The notes below the pieces were generated by a model that did no database searches, was not told the DNA's origin, and worked only from the letters and a program-made list of their open reading frames with translations. Below are positions 27,421-42,164 of a stretch of 64,000 bases of DNA, piece by piece. This DNA is from the human T2T-CHM13v2.0 reference genome, Homo sapiens. The position numbers were made by a program, and so were the translations under genes. The first letter of the stretch is position 1; the number at the start of each line of letters is the position of its first letter. The stretch lies in the NCBI RefSeq assembly GCF_009914755.1, contig NC_060938.1; one strand, written 5' to 3'.

Positions 27421-27480
27421 TTGTTGAGTACTTGGGAGAGAAAACATCTGTGCAATGTAGTTTCCAGCATCATGGGAAAA
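27421..27480 (-). pseudogene. Candidate exon D (60 nt) of putative relic gene
   Basis: tctcattttcag|TTTT...ACAA|gtaagc; open in phase 0 (FSHDAGNYIAQMFSLPSTQQ) and in phase 2. Confidence 0.4.
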
Positions 27481-28004
27481 CTGAAAATGAGACTACTAAA
27501 GCTAAAAATGAAACTACTATAGCTAAAGAGCAAAACAAATGTAATGCAATAATTTAAAGTACTTAAGTTAGACAACTTTCTCTTTAAGATCATAAGGAGG
27601 GTTGTTAAATATAATACCCTCCATATTATAGTCTGCAGAGGATTAGATAAGTGAACATTATTGTTATAGTTAATCATCTGAACAAACTTCTGAGTTCCCT
27701 TAGTATTTAAGAATTACGTGTTATACTCCACCGTACTAAACATTCCCACACTTAATTTGTAAAGGTAGATAAATTGAACAGGAGCTCCTAATCAGCACGA
27801 TTTCTGTAACAGCAGAACCATGTCTCCCCTCCCTTAGATGACATCTACTGTAAAAAGAGAAACCAATAGTGTACCAAACACACCATTTTGCAAGGAACCA
27901 GCTCTTCTGGAAAGCAATAAGCAATGTGTTATGTGACTCTAATGCCTGTTTTACATTAAGGTATCTGGCTAAAGTGAAAAGCTCATTCAAAACAATCACT
28001 TAAT

Positions 28005-28375
<371 letters not shown>

Positions 28376-28699
28376 TCATGTGCCACCATTATTTTTAAAA
28401 TTTGGGATAAACCTATATAAGAAGTTCTTTGCAATGCACGAGGACCTAAGCACTTAAGAAAGTCATTTACGGTATCAACTAAATATGTTTAGAGTTACTA
28501 TAAGTCAAAATTCTTCTCGACGAATTCAAGTTGAAACATTTCTAGTGCCCTATTGAGTTGTTTGACTTGTATAAACAACTTTTAAGAAAGGTCAATCAAC
28601 TACACTTTCCAAAACATTTGATTTTCAAATCATTATAATAACAGTAATTCTAGTGCTATTAGCCCTTACACTGCATTCAGCTGTAATGTTTTCATAGCA

Positions 28700-28817
28700 T
28701 TTATATATATATATATATAGCATTTATATATATATATATAGCATATATATATATTTGAGATATATTTGAGACAAATATATATATATATATATTCGAGACA
28801 AATATATATATATATAT
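28700..28817. repeat. Compound (TA)n repeat from an Alu tail
   Basis: TA runs interleaved with gcattt and tt(t/c)gagaca motifs. Confidence 0.9.
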
Positions 28818-29100
28818 TTGAGACAGAGTCTCACTTTTGTCATCCAGGTTGGAGTGAAGTGGTGGGATCTCAGCTCACGGTAACCTCCACCTCCTGGGTT
28901 CAAGCGATTCTCCTGCCTCAGCCTCCCAAGTGGCTGGGATTACAGGTGTCTGCCACCATGCCTGGCTAATTTTTGTGTTTTTAGTAGAGACGGGGTTTTG
29001 CCGTATCGGCCAGGCTGGTCTTGAATTCCTGACCTCAGGTGCTCAACCTGCCTCGGCCTCCTAAAGTGCTGGGATTACAGGCCTGAGCCACTGTGGCCAG
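28818..29100 (-). mobile_element. AluS (Sx-like)
   Basis: Full antisense Alu dimer with cctgacctcaggtg. Confidence 0.92.
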
Positions 29101-31449
29101 TTCCAAATATTTTTTATTATGGCAAAATTCACATAACAAATTTACCATGGTAACCAATTTTAATTGTATAGTTCAGTGTTACTATATATACTCATAACTT
29201 TGAAACTGTCACCAATATTCATCTCCATAATTCTTTTTATCTTATAAAACTGCAATTCTATACTTATTAAACAATACCTCCTCCTTCCCCCAATCCTCTG
29301 GAAACCACCATTCTACTTTGTCTCTATGATTTTGACTACTTTAAATGTATCATACAGGTGGAATGATACAGCATTTGTCTTTTTGTGTCTGGTTTGCTTA
29401 CTTAGCATCAAGACTTCAAGGACTATTCATATCGAAGCATATGTCAGAAATTCCTTTTTAAGGCTGAATAACATTCCATCATATGTATATGCCAATTTTG
29501 CTTATCCATTCATCTACTGATGGACGCTTAAGATACTTTCATGTTGTAGCTACTGTGAATAATGCTGTTATAAACATGGGTGTAGAAATCTCTTTGGGAT
29601 CCTTTTCTCAGGTCTTTTGGGTAAATTCACTGAAGGAGAATTGCTGGATCACATGGTAATCCTATTTTTAATTTTTTTGTGATACTGCCATACTGTTTTC
29701 CATTCTATTTTACATTTCTTGCAAAAGTGTTCCAATTTCTCCACGTCCTAACATTTGTTATTCTCTTTGGTTTTGGTAGTAGCCATCCTAATGAGTGTCA
29801 GGTGGTATCATGTTGTAGTTTTGATTTGCATTTCCCTAATGATTAATGATGTTGAACATCTTTAAATGTGTTTTTTGTATTTTCTTTGGAGCAATGTCTA
29901 TTCAAGTCCTTTGCTTTTGTGGCTGTTAACTTTGGGAATTTCTCTATATATTCTGAATGTTAATCCCTTGTTAGATATGATTTGCAAATGTTTTCTTTCA
30001 TTCTGTGGTTCACCTTTTTACTCTATTGATTTTGTCTTTTAATGCACATTTAAAATTTTTCATGATATCAAATTTATCTTTTTTGTTAACTGTGCCTTTG
30101 GTGTCATACCTGAGAAATAATTGCCAAATATAATGTGTTCATGTTTTCTTCTAATAATTTTACAGATTTAGGTGTTTGATCCATTTTGAGTTAATTTCTA
30201 TATATAGTATTAAGTTCATGTACAACTTTATTCTTTTTATATGTGGATATCTAATTTTTCCAGACCATTGCCTGAAAGACTGTTCTTTTCTCATTTGGTC
30301 TTAACACCCTTGCCAAAAAATCATTTGACCATATGTGTGAGGGTTTATTTCTGGGCTCTCTATTCTATTCCAGTGGTCTACATGTCTGTTTTTATGCCAG
30401 TACTACACTGTAGCTTCATATTAAGTTTTGAAATCAGAAAGTGTGAGTCCTCCAGCTTTTTTTTTTTTTTCCAACATTGTTTTGTCTCTTTGGGCTTCCT
30501 TAAAATTCCGTATAAATTTTAGAATGGGTTTATCTATTTCTACAAAAAGAAAACACTGGATTTTGATAGAAATTGCACTGAATCTATAGATTGGTTTGGG
30601 TGATACTGACATATTAACAATATTAAGTCTTTCCAGGAACACAGGGTGTGTTTCTATCTATTTAAGTCTTCTTTATTTCAGTAATGTTTTGCAGTTTTAT
30701 TTTGGCAAGTATTTCACCTCCTTAAGTGAAACCCTAAGATTTATATTCTTTTAATGCTATTGTAAATATGATTATTTTTATAATTACCTTTTCAGATTGT
30801 TCATTGTTAGCATGATTTTTGTGTATTAGCTTGTATCAGCCTGCTATTTCACTGAATTTGTTCTCACAGTTTTTTGGTGGAATCTTTAGGGTTTTCTATA
30901 TGTAAGATTATCTCATCTGCAAACAGAGGTAATTTTACTTACTCTTTTATAATTTGGAGGCCTTTGGTTTTTATTTTTAATTACTAATTGCTCTGGCTAC
31001 AACTTCAGAACTACGTCAAAGAGCAGTGTACTAGTGATCATCTTTGCCTTGGTCCTGGTCTTAGACAGAAAACTTTCATTCTTTCTCCATTGAGTATGAT
31101 GTTTGCTGTGGATTTTTTATGTATAATTTGTTATGTGGAGGCAGTTTCCTTCTTATTCTAGTTTGTTGAGTGTTTTAATCATAAAAGCATGTTGAATTTG
31201 TAACATGCTTTTTCTGTATCAATTGGGATAATCATGTGGTTTTTATTCTTTCATTTCTTAATCTGTTGTATTACAATGATGGCATTTTTTATGTTGAATC
31301 AGTCTTGTATGCAAGAAATAAATCTCATTGATCATGGTATATAATACATTTTTAAGGATTTTTTTCATCAAAGATATTAGTTTGTAGTTTACTTTTTTGC
31401 AGTATGTTTCTGTCCAGCTTTGATAATGCTGGCCTTATAGAATGAGTGA

Positions 31450-32460
<1,011 letters not shown>

Positions 32461-33359
32461 TCTAGTCTTGGCAAGTTTTGTATTTCTAGAAATCTGCCCA
32501 TTTCATCTAGGTTATTTAATTTGTAAACATAAAATTTTTATGATACTCATAGTCCTTTTTATTTCTGTAGAAGTGTTAGAAATGGTCCACTTTCCTTCTC
32601 AATTTTAGTAATTTTAGTCTTTTTTCTTAGACATCTAGATAAAGGTTTGTAAATTTTGTTGATCTCGTCAAAGAACCAAGCTTGTTTTATTGCTTTTATT
32701 TTTTTTAAAAAGGACAACATCATATTTTATTCATTTATTTGTAAACTCGGGTACAGAAGTTTGAGCTACTCATTCTTACAAGCTCATTAATGGGTCATTA
32801 TCATCATTGGTCCATGCAAGATCCCTCTCTTGTTTTATTTATTTATTCCCTCTTATACTCATGACTCACTTCCTTTCTCCTCCTTCCTTACTACAGACAA
32901 ATATTCTAACATATTTAATGTGTATGTGTATTTGCACAAATTCTTCACATATTGTGACATGTATGCATGTATTTAGTTCACAGAAAGAGTATGTTATAGG
33001 TTTCTCTAGTTTTTTTTGTACAATCAGCATAACGTGGTTTCAGGGTCCATTCAAATCACTATGTGTGTGTTTAGTCTGTTGCTGCTAACGACTGCACAGT
33101 ACTCCATGGTATGCAGTCACATTTCGCTTGCCTCAAACTCACTGGTACCACAAACAACAATGCAGTGCACCTTCTTGTATTCATCTCCATGCGGACCTCT
33201 CAGAGACTTTAAGATATATACTCCGCAGTGGAATGGTTGCTCAGAGCTATGGAATACTTAGGTTGACCAAGTATGACTGGCATGCTCTCCAGAAGAGATG
33301 CGTCTATCTACATCTATCTACACTCTCATCAATCAGTCCTGTTATTCAGCTTTGTTTTT

Positions 33360-34452
33360 TTCTTTTATTATACTTTAAGTTCTAGGGTACATGTGCACCA
33401 TGTGCAGGTTTATTACGTATGTATACATGTGCCATGTTGGTGTGCTGCACCCATTAACTCATCATTTACATTAGATATTTATCCTAATGCTATCCCTCCC
33501 CTAGCCCCCCATCCCACGACAGGCCCTGGTGTGTGATGTTACCCTTCCTGTGTCCAAGCGTTCTCATGGTTCAATTCCCACCTATGAGTGAGAACATGCG
33601 GTGTTTGGTTTTCTGTCCTTGCGACAGTTGCTCAGAATGATGGTTTCCGGCTTCAACCATGTCCCTACAAAGGACATGAACGTGTCCTTTTTTATGGCTG
33701 CATAGTATTCCATGGTGTATATATGCCACATTTTCTTAATCCAGTCTATCATTGATGGACATTTTGGTTGGTTCCAAGTCTTTGCTATTGTGAATAGTGC
33801 CGCAATAAACATACGTGTGCATGTGTCTTTATAGCAGCACGATTTGTAATCCTTTGGGTATACACCCAGTAATGGAATGGCTGGGTCAAATGGTATTTCT
33901 AGTTCTAGATCCTTGAGGAATCGCCACACTGTCTCTTCCACAATGGTTGAACTGGTTTACAGTCCCACCAACAGTGTAAAGTGTTCCTATTTCTCCACAT
34001 CCTCTCCAGCACCTATTGTTTCCTGACTCTTTAATGATCGCCATTTTAACTGGTGTGAGATGGTATCTTGCTGTGGTTTTGATTTGCATTTCTCTGATGG
34101 CCAGTGATGATGAGCATTTTTTCATGTATCTGTTGGCTGCATAAATGTCTTCTTTTGAGAAGTGTCTGTTCATATCCTTCGCCCACTTCTTGATGGGGTT
34201 TTTTCTTGTAAATTTGTTTGAGTTCTTTGTAGATTCTGGATATTAGCCCTTTGTCAGATGGGTAGATTGCAAAAATTTTCTCCCATTCTGTAGGTTGCCT
34301 GTTCACTCTGATAGTAGGTTTCTTTTGCTGTGCAGAAGCTCTTTAGTTTAATTAGATCCCATTTGCCAATTTTGGCTTTTGTTGCCATTGCTTTTGGTGT
34401 TTTAGTCATGAAGTCCTTGCCCATGCCTATGTCCTGAATGGCATTGCCTAGG
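33360..34452 (-). mobile_element. L1PA (PA5/6-like) 5'-truncated, about 1.1 kb
   Basis: ttattatactttaagttctagggtacatgtgcac; ORF2 C-terminal peptides ([29 protein letters not shown]). Confidence 0.95.
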
Positions 34453-34454
34453 TC

Positions 34455-35530
34455 AACTCACACCAAGATACATTATAATCTAACTTTTGAAAGACAAAAC
34501 AAATAGTGAATCTTGAAAGTAGCAAGAAGGAAGCAAGTTATCACATACAAGGTATTCTCAATAAGATTATCAGCAGGTTTCTCATTAGAAACTTTGCATC
34601 TGCCAAAACTGTCCTTTAAAAGTGAGGGAGATCACATTCTCAAAGAAACAAAATCTGAGTAATTTTATTATCATTAGACCTACCCTGCAAAAAGAATTTT
34701 CTAAGGAGTCCTTAGAGTTAAATGAAAATACTGTAGATGGTAACTTAAAGCCATATGAAGAAATAAAATTCTCAATAAAGGTAAATATGGATAATTACAA
34801 AAGGAAGCATTATTGTACCAGGAGCTTATAACTCCTCTTTTGTTTTCTAGATGCTTTTTTTAAATGAATACATTTTTTAGAATGATTATTAGTCTAAAAT
34901 CTAGTATTACTGTAACTTTTGTTTGCAATGCCAGATTTGGTTTTATATAACTTAAGAGACAAATACACTTAAAAAACTTAATAGTTTGTTTCTGCACACC
35001 CAATGTATAAACATGTAGTTTTGTGACATCAACTAAAAGGGATGGGGACACAGCTATAAAGGAGCAGAGGATTTGTATGTTTTAAAGTTAGGTTGGTATA
35101 AACCCATCTTCACGGTAACCACAAAGAAAGTAGATATAAAATATACCCCAAAGAAAATGATTAAGGAATTTAAATATATTGCTACAAAACAAACTAAATG
35201 GAAAACATAGAAAGGCAAGAAATCAGAGGGAAAGACTATAAAGCATATGAAAACAAAGAGCATAATGATGCTAGTTAGTCCCTCAGTAGTAATTACTTTA
35301 AATATAAATGGATTAAACACTCCCATCAAAACACAGAGATTAGCAGAATGAATTAAAAACACATGATCCAACTATATTGTGTCTACCAATGACTCACTTT
35401 AGGGACTGCAGAAATGTTGGTCACATGGTACAAAGTTTCTGTTAGGAGGAATAGATGACAAATATCTAAGGTAATCGTTATGCTAATTAGCTTAATTCAC
35501 TAATTCTGCATTGTATACATTTATCATACG
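34455..35530 (+). mobile_element. Old L1M ORF1/ORF2-start and 3' fragments
   Basis: A-rich; ataagattatcagcagg, attactttaaatataaatggattaaac (endonuclease start). Confidence 0.7.
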
Positions 35531-35731
35531 TCAGTGTATATTTTTTGGCAAATATATATGTATATATATTATATATGTGTATATATATGTATATATATTT
35601 TATATATATATAGCCTTTGTCTAATATATTTGCCATCAAGTCTTTCAGGGACAGTTTCTCTTCATCTTTTTTTTTTTGGCTTTGAACTGGCCATACTTTC
35701 CTGTTTCTTTGTATGCTTTGTGAATTTATGC

Positions 35732-37858
35732 TATATTAGTCTGTTTTCATGCTGCTATAAAGAACTACCTGAGTTTTATAGTCTCAGGTAGTTCTTTATA
35801 CCTGAGACTGATTGACTCACAATTCCACATGGCTGAGGAGGCCTCAGAAAACATACAATCATGGCAGAAGTTGAAGGAGAAGCAAGGACCTACTTCACAA
35901 GGCAGCAGGAGAGAGGGGGCAGACAAGGGTAGTGCCAGACACTTAACAAACAACCAGATATCATGAGAACTCTAGCACAAGAACAGCAAGGGGAAAGTTC
36001 ATTCCCAGTCACCTTCCACCAGACTACTCCCCCAACATGTGGCGATTATAATTTGAGATAAGATTTGGTTGAGGACACAGCCAAACCATATCGCTCCACC
36101 CTGGCCCCTCCCAAATCTCATGTTCCTTTCACATTTCAAAACCAATCATGCCTTCCCACGAGTCCCCCAAAGTCTTAATTCATTCCAGCATTAACTCAAA
36201 AGTCCAAAGTCTCATCTGAGACAAGGCAAGTCCCTTCCACCTCTGAGCCTATAAAATCAAAAACTAGTAATGGGGGTACAGGCATCGGGTAAATATTCCC
36301 ATTCCAAATGGGAAAAATTGGCCCAAACAAAGGGGCTACAGGCCCCATGCAAGTCCAAAATCCAACAGGGCAGGCATTATATCTTCAAGCTCCAAAATAA
36401 TCTTCTTTGACTGCACATCTCACCTCCAAGGCATTGGGCAGCTGTGGCTCTGCAGGGTACAGCCCCCATGGGTGCTTTCACAGGCTGGTTTTGAGTGCCT
36501 GCGGCTTTTTCAGGTGCATAGTACAGGCTGTTGATCTACCATTCTGGGGTTTGGTGGACTGTGGCCCTCTTCTCACAGCTCCACTAGGCAGTGTCACAGT
36601 GGAGACTCTTTGAAGACTCTGACACCCCATTTCTCTTCTGCACTGCCCTAGCACAGGTTCTCCATGAGGGCTCTGCCCCTGCAGCAGACTTCTGCCCGGA
36701 CATTGACATGTTTTCATTCATCCTTTCAAATCTAGGCAGAGGTTCACAAACCTTAATTCTTGCTTTCTGTGCACCTGCAGGCCCCACAGCACGTCTAACC
36801 TGCCAAGGCTTGGGGCTTACACCCTCTGAAGCCATGGCCCAAGCTGTCCATTGGCCCCTTTTAGCCATGGCTGGAACTGGAGCAGCAGGGTCCTAGGCCC
36901 AGCCCACAAAACCATTTTTTCCTCCTAGGCCTTGAGGCCTGTGTGGGAGGGGCTGCCATGAAGCTCTCTGAAATGCCCTGCAGACATTTTTTCCATTGTC
37001 TTGGCTATTAACATTTGGCTCATTACTTATGCAAATTTCTGCAGCCAGCTTGAATTTCTTCTTAGAAAATGGGTTTTTCCTTTCTAGTACATGGTCAGCC
37101 TGCAAATATTTCAAACCTTATGCTCTGCTTCCCTTTTAAACATAAGTTCAAATTTCAGACTCTCTCTTGTGAACACATATGAGCATATGCTTTTAGAGAA
37201 AGCCAGGTTACCTTTTGAATGCTTTGCTGCTTGGAAATTTCTTCTGTCAGATAACCGAAATCATCTCTCTCAAGTTCAAAGTTCCACAGATACTAGGGCA
37301 GGGGCAAAATGCTGCTAAGGCATAGCAAGGGCGACCTTTACTCCAGTTCCCAGTAAGTTCCTCATCTCCATTTGAGACCTCTCCAGCCTGCACTTCATTT
37401 TCCATATCACTATCAGCCTGTTAGTCAAAACCATTCAACAAGTCTCTAGGAAGTGTCAAACTTTCCCTCATCTTTCTGTCTTCTTCTGAGCCCTCCAAAC
37501 TGTTCCCAAGTTGCTTCCACATTTTATGTTTATAGCAGTGTCCCACTCTCCTGGTACCAATTTTGTATAGTAGTTCATTTTCACACTGCTATAAAAAACT
37601 ATGTGAGACTGGGTAATTAATAAAGAAAAGAAGGTTTAATTGACTCACAGTTCTGCATGGCTGGGGAGACCTCAGGAAACTGGGAATCATGGTGGAAGGA
37701 GAAGCAAGGAGGAGAGGGAGTTGGGAGGATGTGCCACACTTATCAAACAACCAGATATCATGAGAATAGCAAAGGGGAAGTCTGCCCCCACAGCTCAGTC
37801 ACCTTCCACCAGGCTTAGAGATGAGATTTGCATGGGGAAACAGAGACAAACCACATCA
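35732..37858 (-). mobile_element. THE1D-like MaLR provirus: LTR (35732-36092), internal region, LTR (about 37564-37858)
   Basis: Two LTRs flanking THE1-int sequence; perfect 5-bp TSD TATGC at 35727-35731 and 37859-37863. Confidence 0.93.
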
Positions 37859-37863
37859 TATGC

Positions 37864-38550
37864 TTTGTGAATTTTTTGTTGAAAACTATACATTTAAATC
37901 TAAAAATCTCTGGAAATCACATTCTGTCCCTATCCTGGGTTTGCTGTCATTTACATTGTTTCTGGAGGCCATTTTTGAGCCTTCCCGTGGGTATGCATGG
38001 TTGCTTTTTGATTTTCCCCACATATGCAGTTGTATTCAATGTCCTTCTCTTCAATTTCTGGCTCCCAAAACAAAAAAAGAAAAATGAAGGTAAGTGGAAA
38101 AGGGTGTCAGCTGTTTCACTCTCCTAGAAGTCACTTCAGCTAGGATAGGAATTTACAACAATGCAGGAGCATCTCTTTGTCTACACCTGTGTCAGCAGAA
38201 GCAGCAATCAGGAACCAGAGCACGGATTGTAGATATTTCAAAGACAGGTTCCTTTTTACCCACCTTCACTCAAGCAAGCTGTTTGCAAACTGTTCCAGGA
38301 ACACAGGAGCACAGCTGCTTGCCATGTGGCTAAGACCTGGAAATGAGTGTCTGCTACCATGATAAATGCTGAAAATGAACAGATATTAACTGCAATTTAC
38401 TTTCTAAGACTTTTCTCTGGAAGTTCCAAGCCTTCAGCAGACTCCAGAGTTCCCAAATACTTACATCAGACAAATTCTGCCAGTGCAATTGTTGTCTAGG
38501 TGGGGCAATGTATTCCTGGAGGTTCCTACTCCACCATCTTCCTAGAATCC
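37864..38550 (-). mobile_element. Old L1M 5' region
   Basis: Continues the sequence preceding THE1D; resembles antisense L1M 5' end. Confidence 0.45.
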
Positions 38551-41439
38551 TCTCCTCTCAAAATAGTGTTAAAAGTTACCTTGGTGCTGATCTATATTAT
38601 TCCTGCTTTATCAATATGATTTATAAAGTCTTTGACATATTAAATCCAAAGGGCATTCATTTTGGTATTGAACATTTTTCTCAAAAAGCAAAAATAATTA
38701 CAAGGACAACTAAAAAAAAAAAAAAACTGAAAGGCAGTTACGCAGTTGAATACTGACTAGTGACAAATACCAAGACATTTTCTACCAAATGATATTCAGT
38801 TAATGTTCTCGGTTTCAGGTTCCAAGGTATGACCCTTGTGGTCCCTTTGGGTCATGATGTTGCTCACACAGACAGACATTGAGATTCCTGTCCTCCTCTC
38901 TCTTCAGCTTGTGAAAGTTCATCCTGTCTGGTCTCTGTATCCCAAGACAGGCTGAACATTTATTTGCCTTTAGGCTGCATGTGAAGGATTCTCTTACTGC
39001 TTCTAGGCCTCCACATCAGCTCATGATTCTTCTCTGATTCCAGAGAGTCCAACAGGACAAAGTACCTCAAAAATACTCAGAGCCACAATTTGTTGTTCAC
39101 ATCCTTTCATTCAAGTGAGAAAGTACAAAGCTCCTGTCGTGAAGTTTATGTTTTTGATCTTGACTTAGGCTTATTTGTGCGATCAGATGAACCCACTCTA
39201 AAGTCTAGGTAAAATCCTTGAGTCCCTCTTAATTTTCCAGTTAGGCTGACCGGGAACTTCATTCTTGAACTGGAAATCTTATAGAATAGGTTATGTGGCT
39301 TATTCTCCTTAGAGAGTTGAAGAATGTACTTCTGATCATAAATGAATCAAATTCCCAGGTTTTAAATATTCTGATTCTTTCTTCCTTTTAGCTCTAGGAG
39401 AGTCAGAGATACTTTCCAGGATAGTGGCTTGGGTATAGGTTGTTGATATAAGGCAGGAAAAGAGATGGTATTCTCAGTTAACATACCTCTTAGGACCAAC
39501 TGCTGGTAATTGGGCTAAGAAAGCAAAAGGATGGATAGAGATTTAGGCAGGCGGATGATTTATGAGTTATCTGACATATGGAAAAGTGGAGTCAAAGCCA
39601 AAGCTAAAATGAGAGCAGTTGAAAATTACAGGGCAACGCTCTCAAGGTAGGAACAAGCAGTAAATCAGATTTAGACGCGGAGGGCTCAGTACCCTGGATA
39701 GCTCTGTTGGAGATAAATCATTCAGATCATATCCTGAACCTGCCTCCACATTCTTTTAGAAACTGATTATTAAAAGTAGCCTAGGCTTTTTTGGACACAT
39801 TTTCATGGAGGATGGGATACAAGTGTTATTTTGATAAAAATGTTTGGTGTTAATGAATGCCCTATGAGATCAAGAACATAAATCAACAAATAGGTTGTGG
39901 TACGGAGACATAGTCTGCTCTACTCATTAGCAGTTCACGTCATGGGAACATTCCTTTTCCTTATCCAGAACCAGGTAAGACTATAACCTTGACAATTCAC
40001 AGTTCATCTGTTAAATGTATGTTGTGTGGCCCTGTGATCGATGCTCCACATTTATTACTCAGAACTTTTCAGTACCTATTTGCCATACTGTGGAAAAGTT
40101 AAATTTGCCTCAATACTTTAATTAATTCCAACACAGAAATGTCAATGAACAGTCATGATGAGTGCTCAAAGGAAATGCCTGTAAGACAGACAACAGGTGA
40201 CTCATTGCAAAGAATATACATTTTAGATGTGCAAAGAACATAGTGTGCTTAAAGCTTTTCATTGGCAGATGATTGAAATATGGAGGCTCTTGTGAGGTAC
40301 ACAGTGACTGTTATCATGAGTTTTTCTGATATGTTAAAATTTCTGGAAAATAATTGACACAGCCACAAAATCACTAGTATAGCCTTAGTCTTGGTGTACA
40401 GATGGATGATGTCAATTCTATTAAACTCAGAGTAGAAAAGTTTTTAAAAGATTAGCCTGAGAATTAAGCAGATTTTGCTGTCATACAATCACTTATGAGT
40501 CCTTGCAAGTCAGCCTTACCAGATACCAGCTAAGAATGAGAATTTGAGTCATAAAGAGCAATGAGTACTACAAAGAAACAAAAGCATATTCAAATCTAAT
40601 TGGATGATTAATACTAAAATAGGAAGAGATTTAACAGGAGCAGACACATTTGAACTTGTCCCTTTTCCATTTTCTCTTAGAGATATGACATTTCATCCTT
40701 TCCTCAAAACCTAATAGTATAGGTTATGTGTCATACATATAAAATAAGCACATAGTATTCCCTTTGTTTCCAGTTTATCACTTAAGAGTGCCTCTTTGTG
40801 GGTCTGAAGTTGTATATTCTTAGAGCCAGTTACCTGCATATAAATATATAGAAAAAAGTGAATAATGCATGTTTCTCTTCCCTAATTCCCTAATATACAA
40901 AATATAAGAGAGTTGAGGTTTTTAACTCATGCACTGGGAGACTCAGTAATCTATCTATGGCTTCTTTGGCAAGGTTGTAATTGTGATGCAGTACAGGATG
41001 CAAAAGCTCTTAGGCCAGATAAGTACTAGAAACCTCTCATCTCTTGTTATCTGGGTTTCCAAGGTGATGAGAGTGTAGGAAGAAACTAGAAGATCAGGTG
41101 TAATATCATGGCTAATCATCTTTCTAAAAGATTTTTTTTTCCAGGATATTACCTGACTCTCACAGTGCCAGGGATTTTCCAGGCAAGACTAGCATCTTTC
41201 TTAAGTTACAACAATGTGTGAACAAATATAAGAAGCTACAAATACTGGGAAGGTAGATTCTGATCCCTGTAACAAAATAGTTGAATAGTAGAGCAGTCCA
41301 GAGGTACAAATTTGACAGTTTTATATTCCAGGTCCCACCACTGGTCGTTGGGGGCCAAGTGGAAGAAGGAAAGGAATTAGGAAATAATGAATGAATATAT
41401 AGAAATAAGTATACGGCAAAGAGCTTAAAAAAATGCTTA

Positions 41440-41920
<481 letters not shown>

Positions 41921-42134
41921 TCATATTTGTGCATTAGCAAACAGAAATAGGAACAGATCTTTGTCCTTAAAACATCTAAACTATAAGCACTTGAAGACAA
42001 AGATTAACCAATCTTTGAGTTGATATTTTCTAATGCAAGAAGGTTATGAATCTGATTTGAATTTCTCTGAGTATAGAGGAAGGTAAAGAAATACCAGAAC
42101 CAGGGTAATGAGAAAAAAATGTAATTTCCCTTAC

Positions 42135-42164
42135 CCAGTCAGTATGTAGGCATTCATCAATGCA
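42135..42164 (-). pseudogene. Candidate exon B (30 nt) of putative relic gene
   Basis: aatttcctttcactag|TGCA...CTGG|gtaagg; ALMNAYILTG (phase 2-2) or CIDECLHTDW (phase 0-0). Confidence 0.3.

Noticed and set aside
36407-37318. Cluster of GC-richer ORFs on both strands
   Set aside because: They lie in the THE1-int internal region.
40515-41190. Additional minus-strand donors (near 40519, 40832 and 41152) as exons
   Set aside because: Weak acceptors or very short segments that cannot be distinguished from chance sites.
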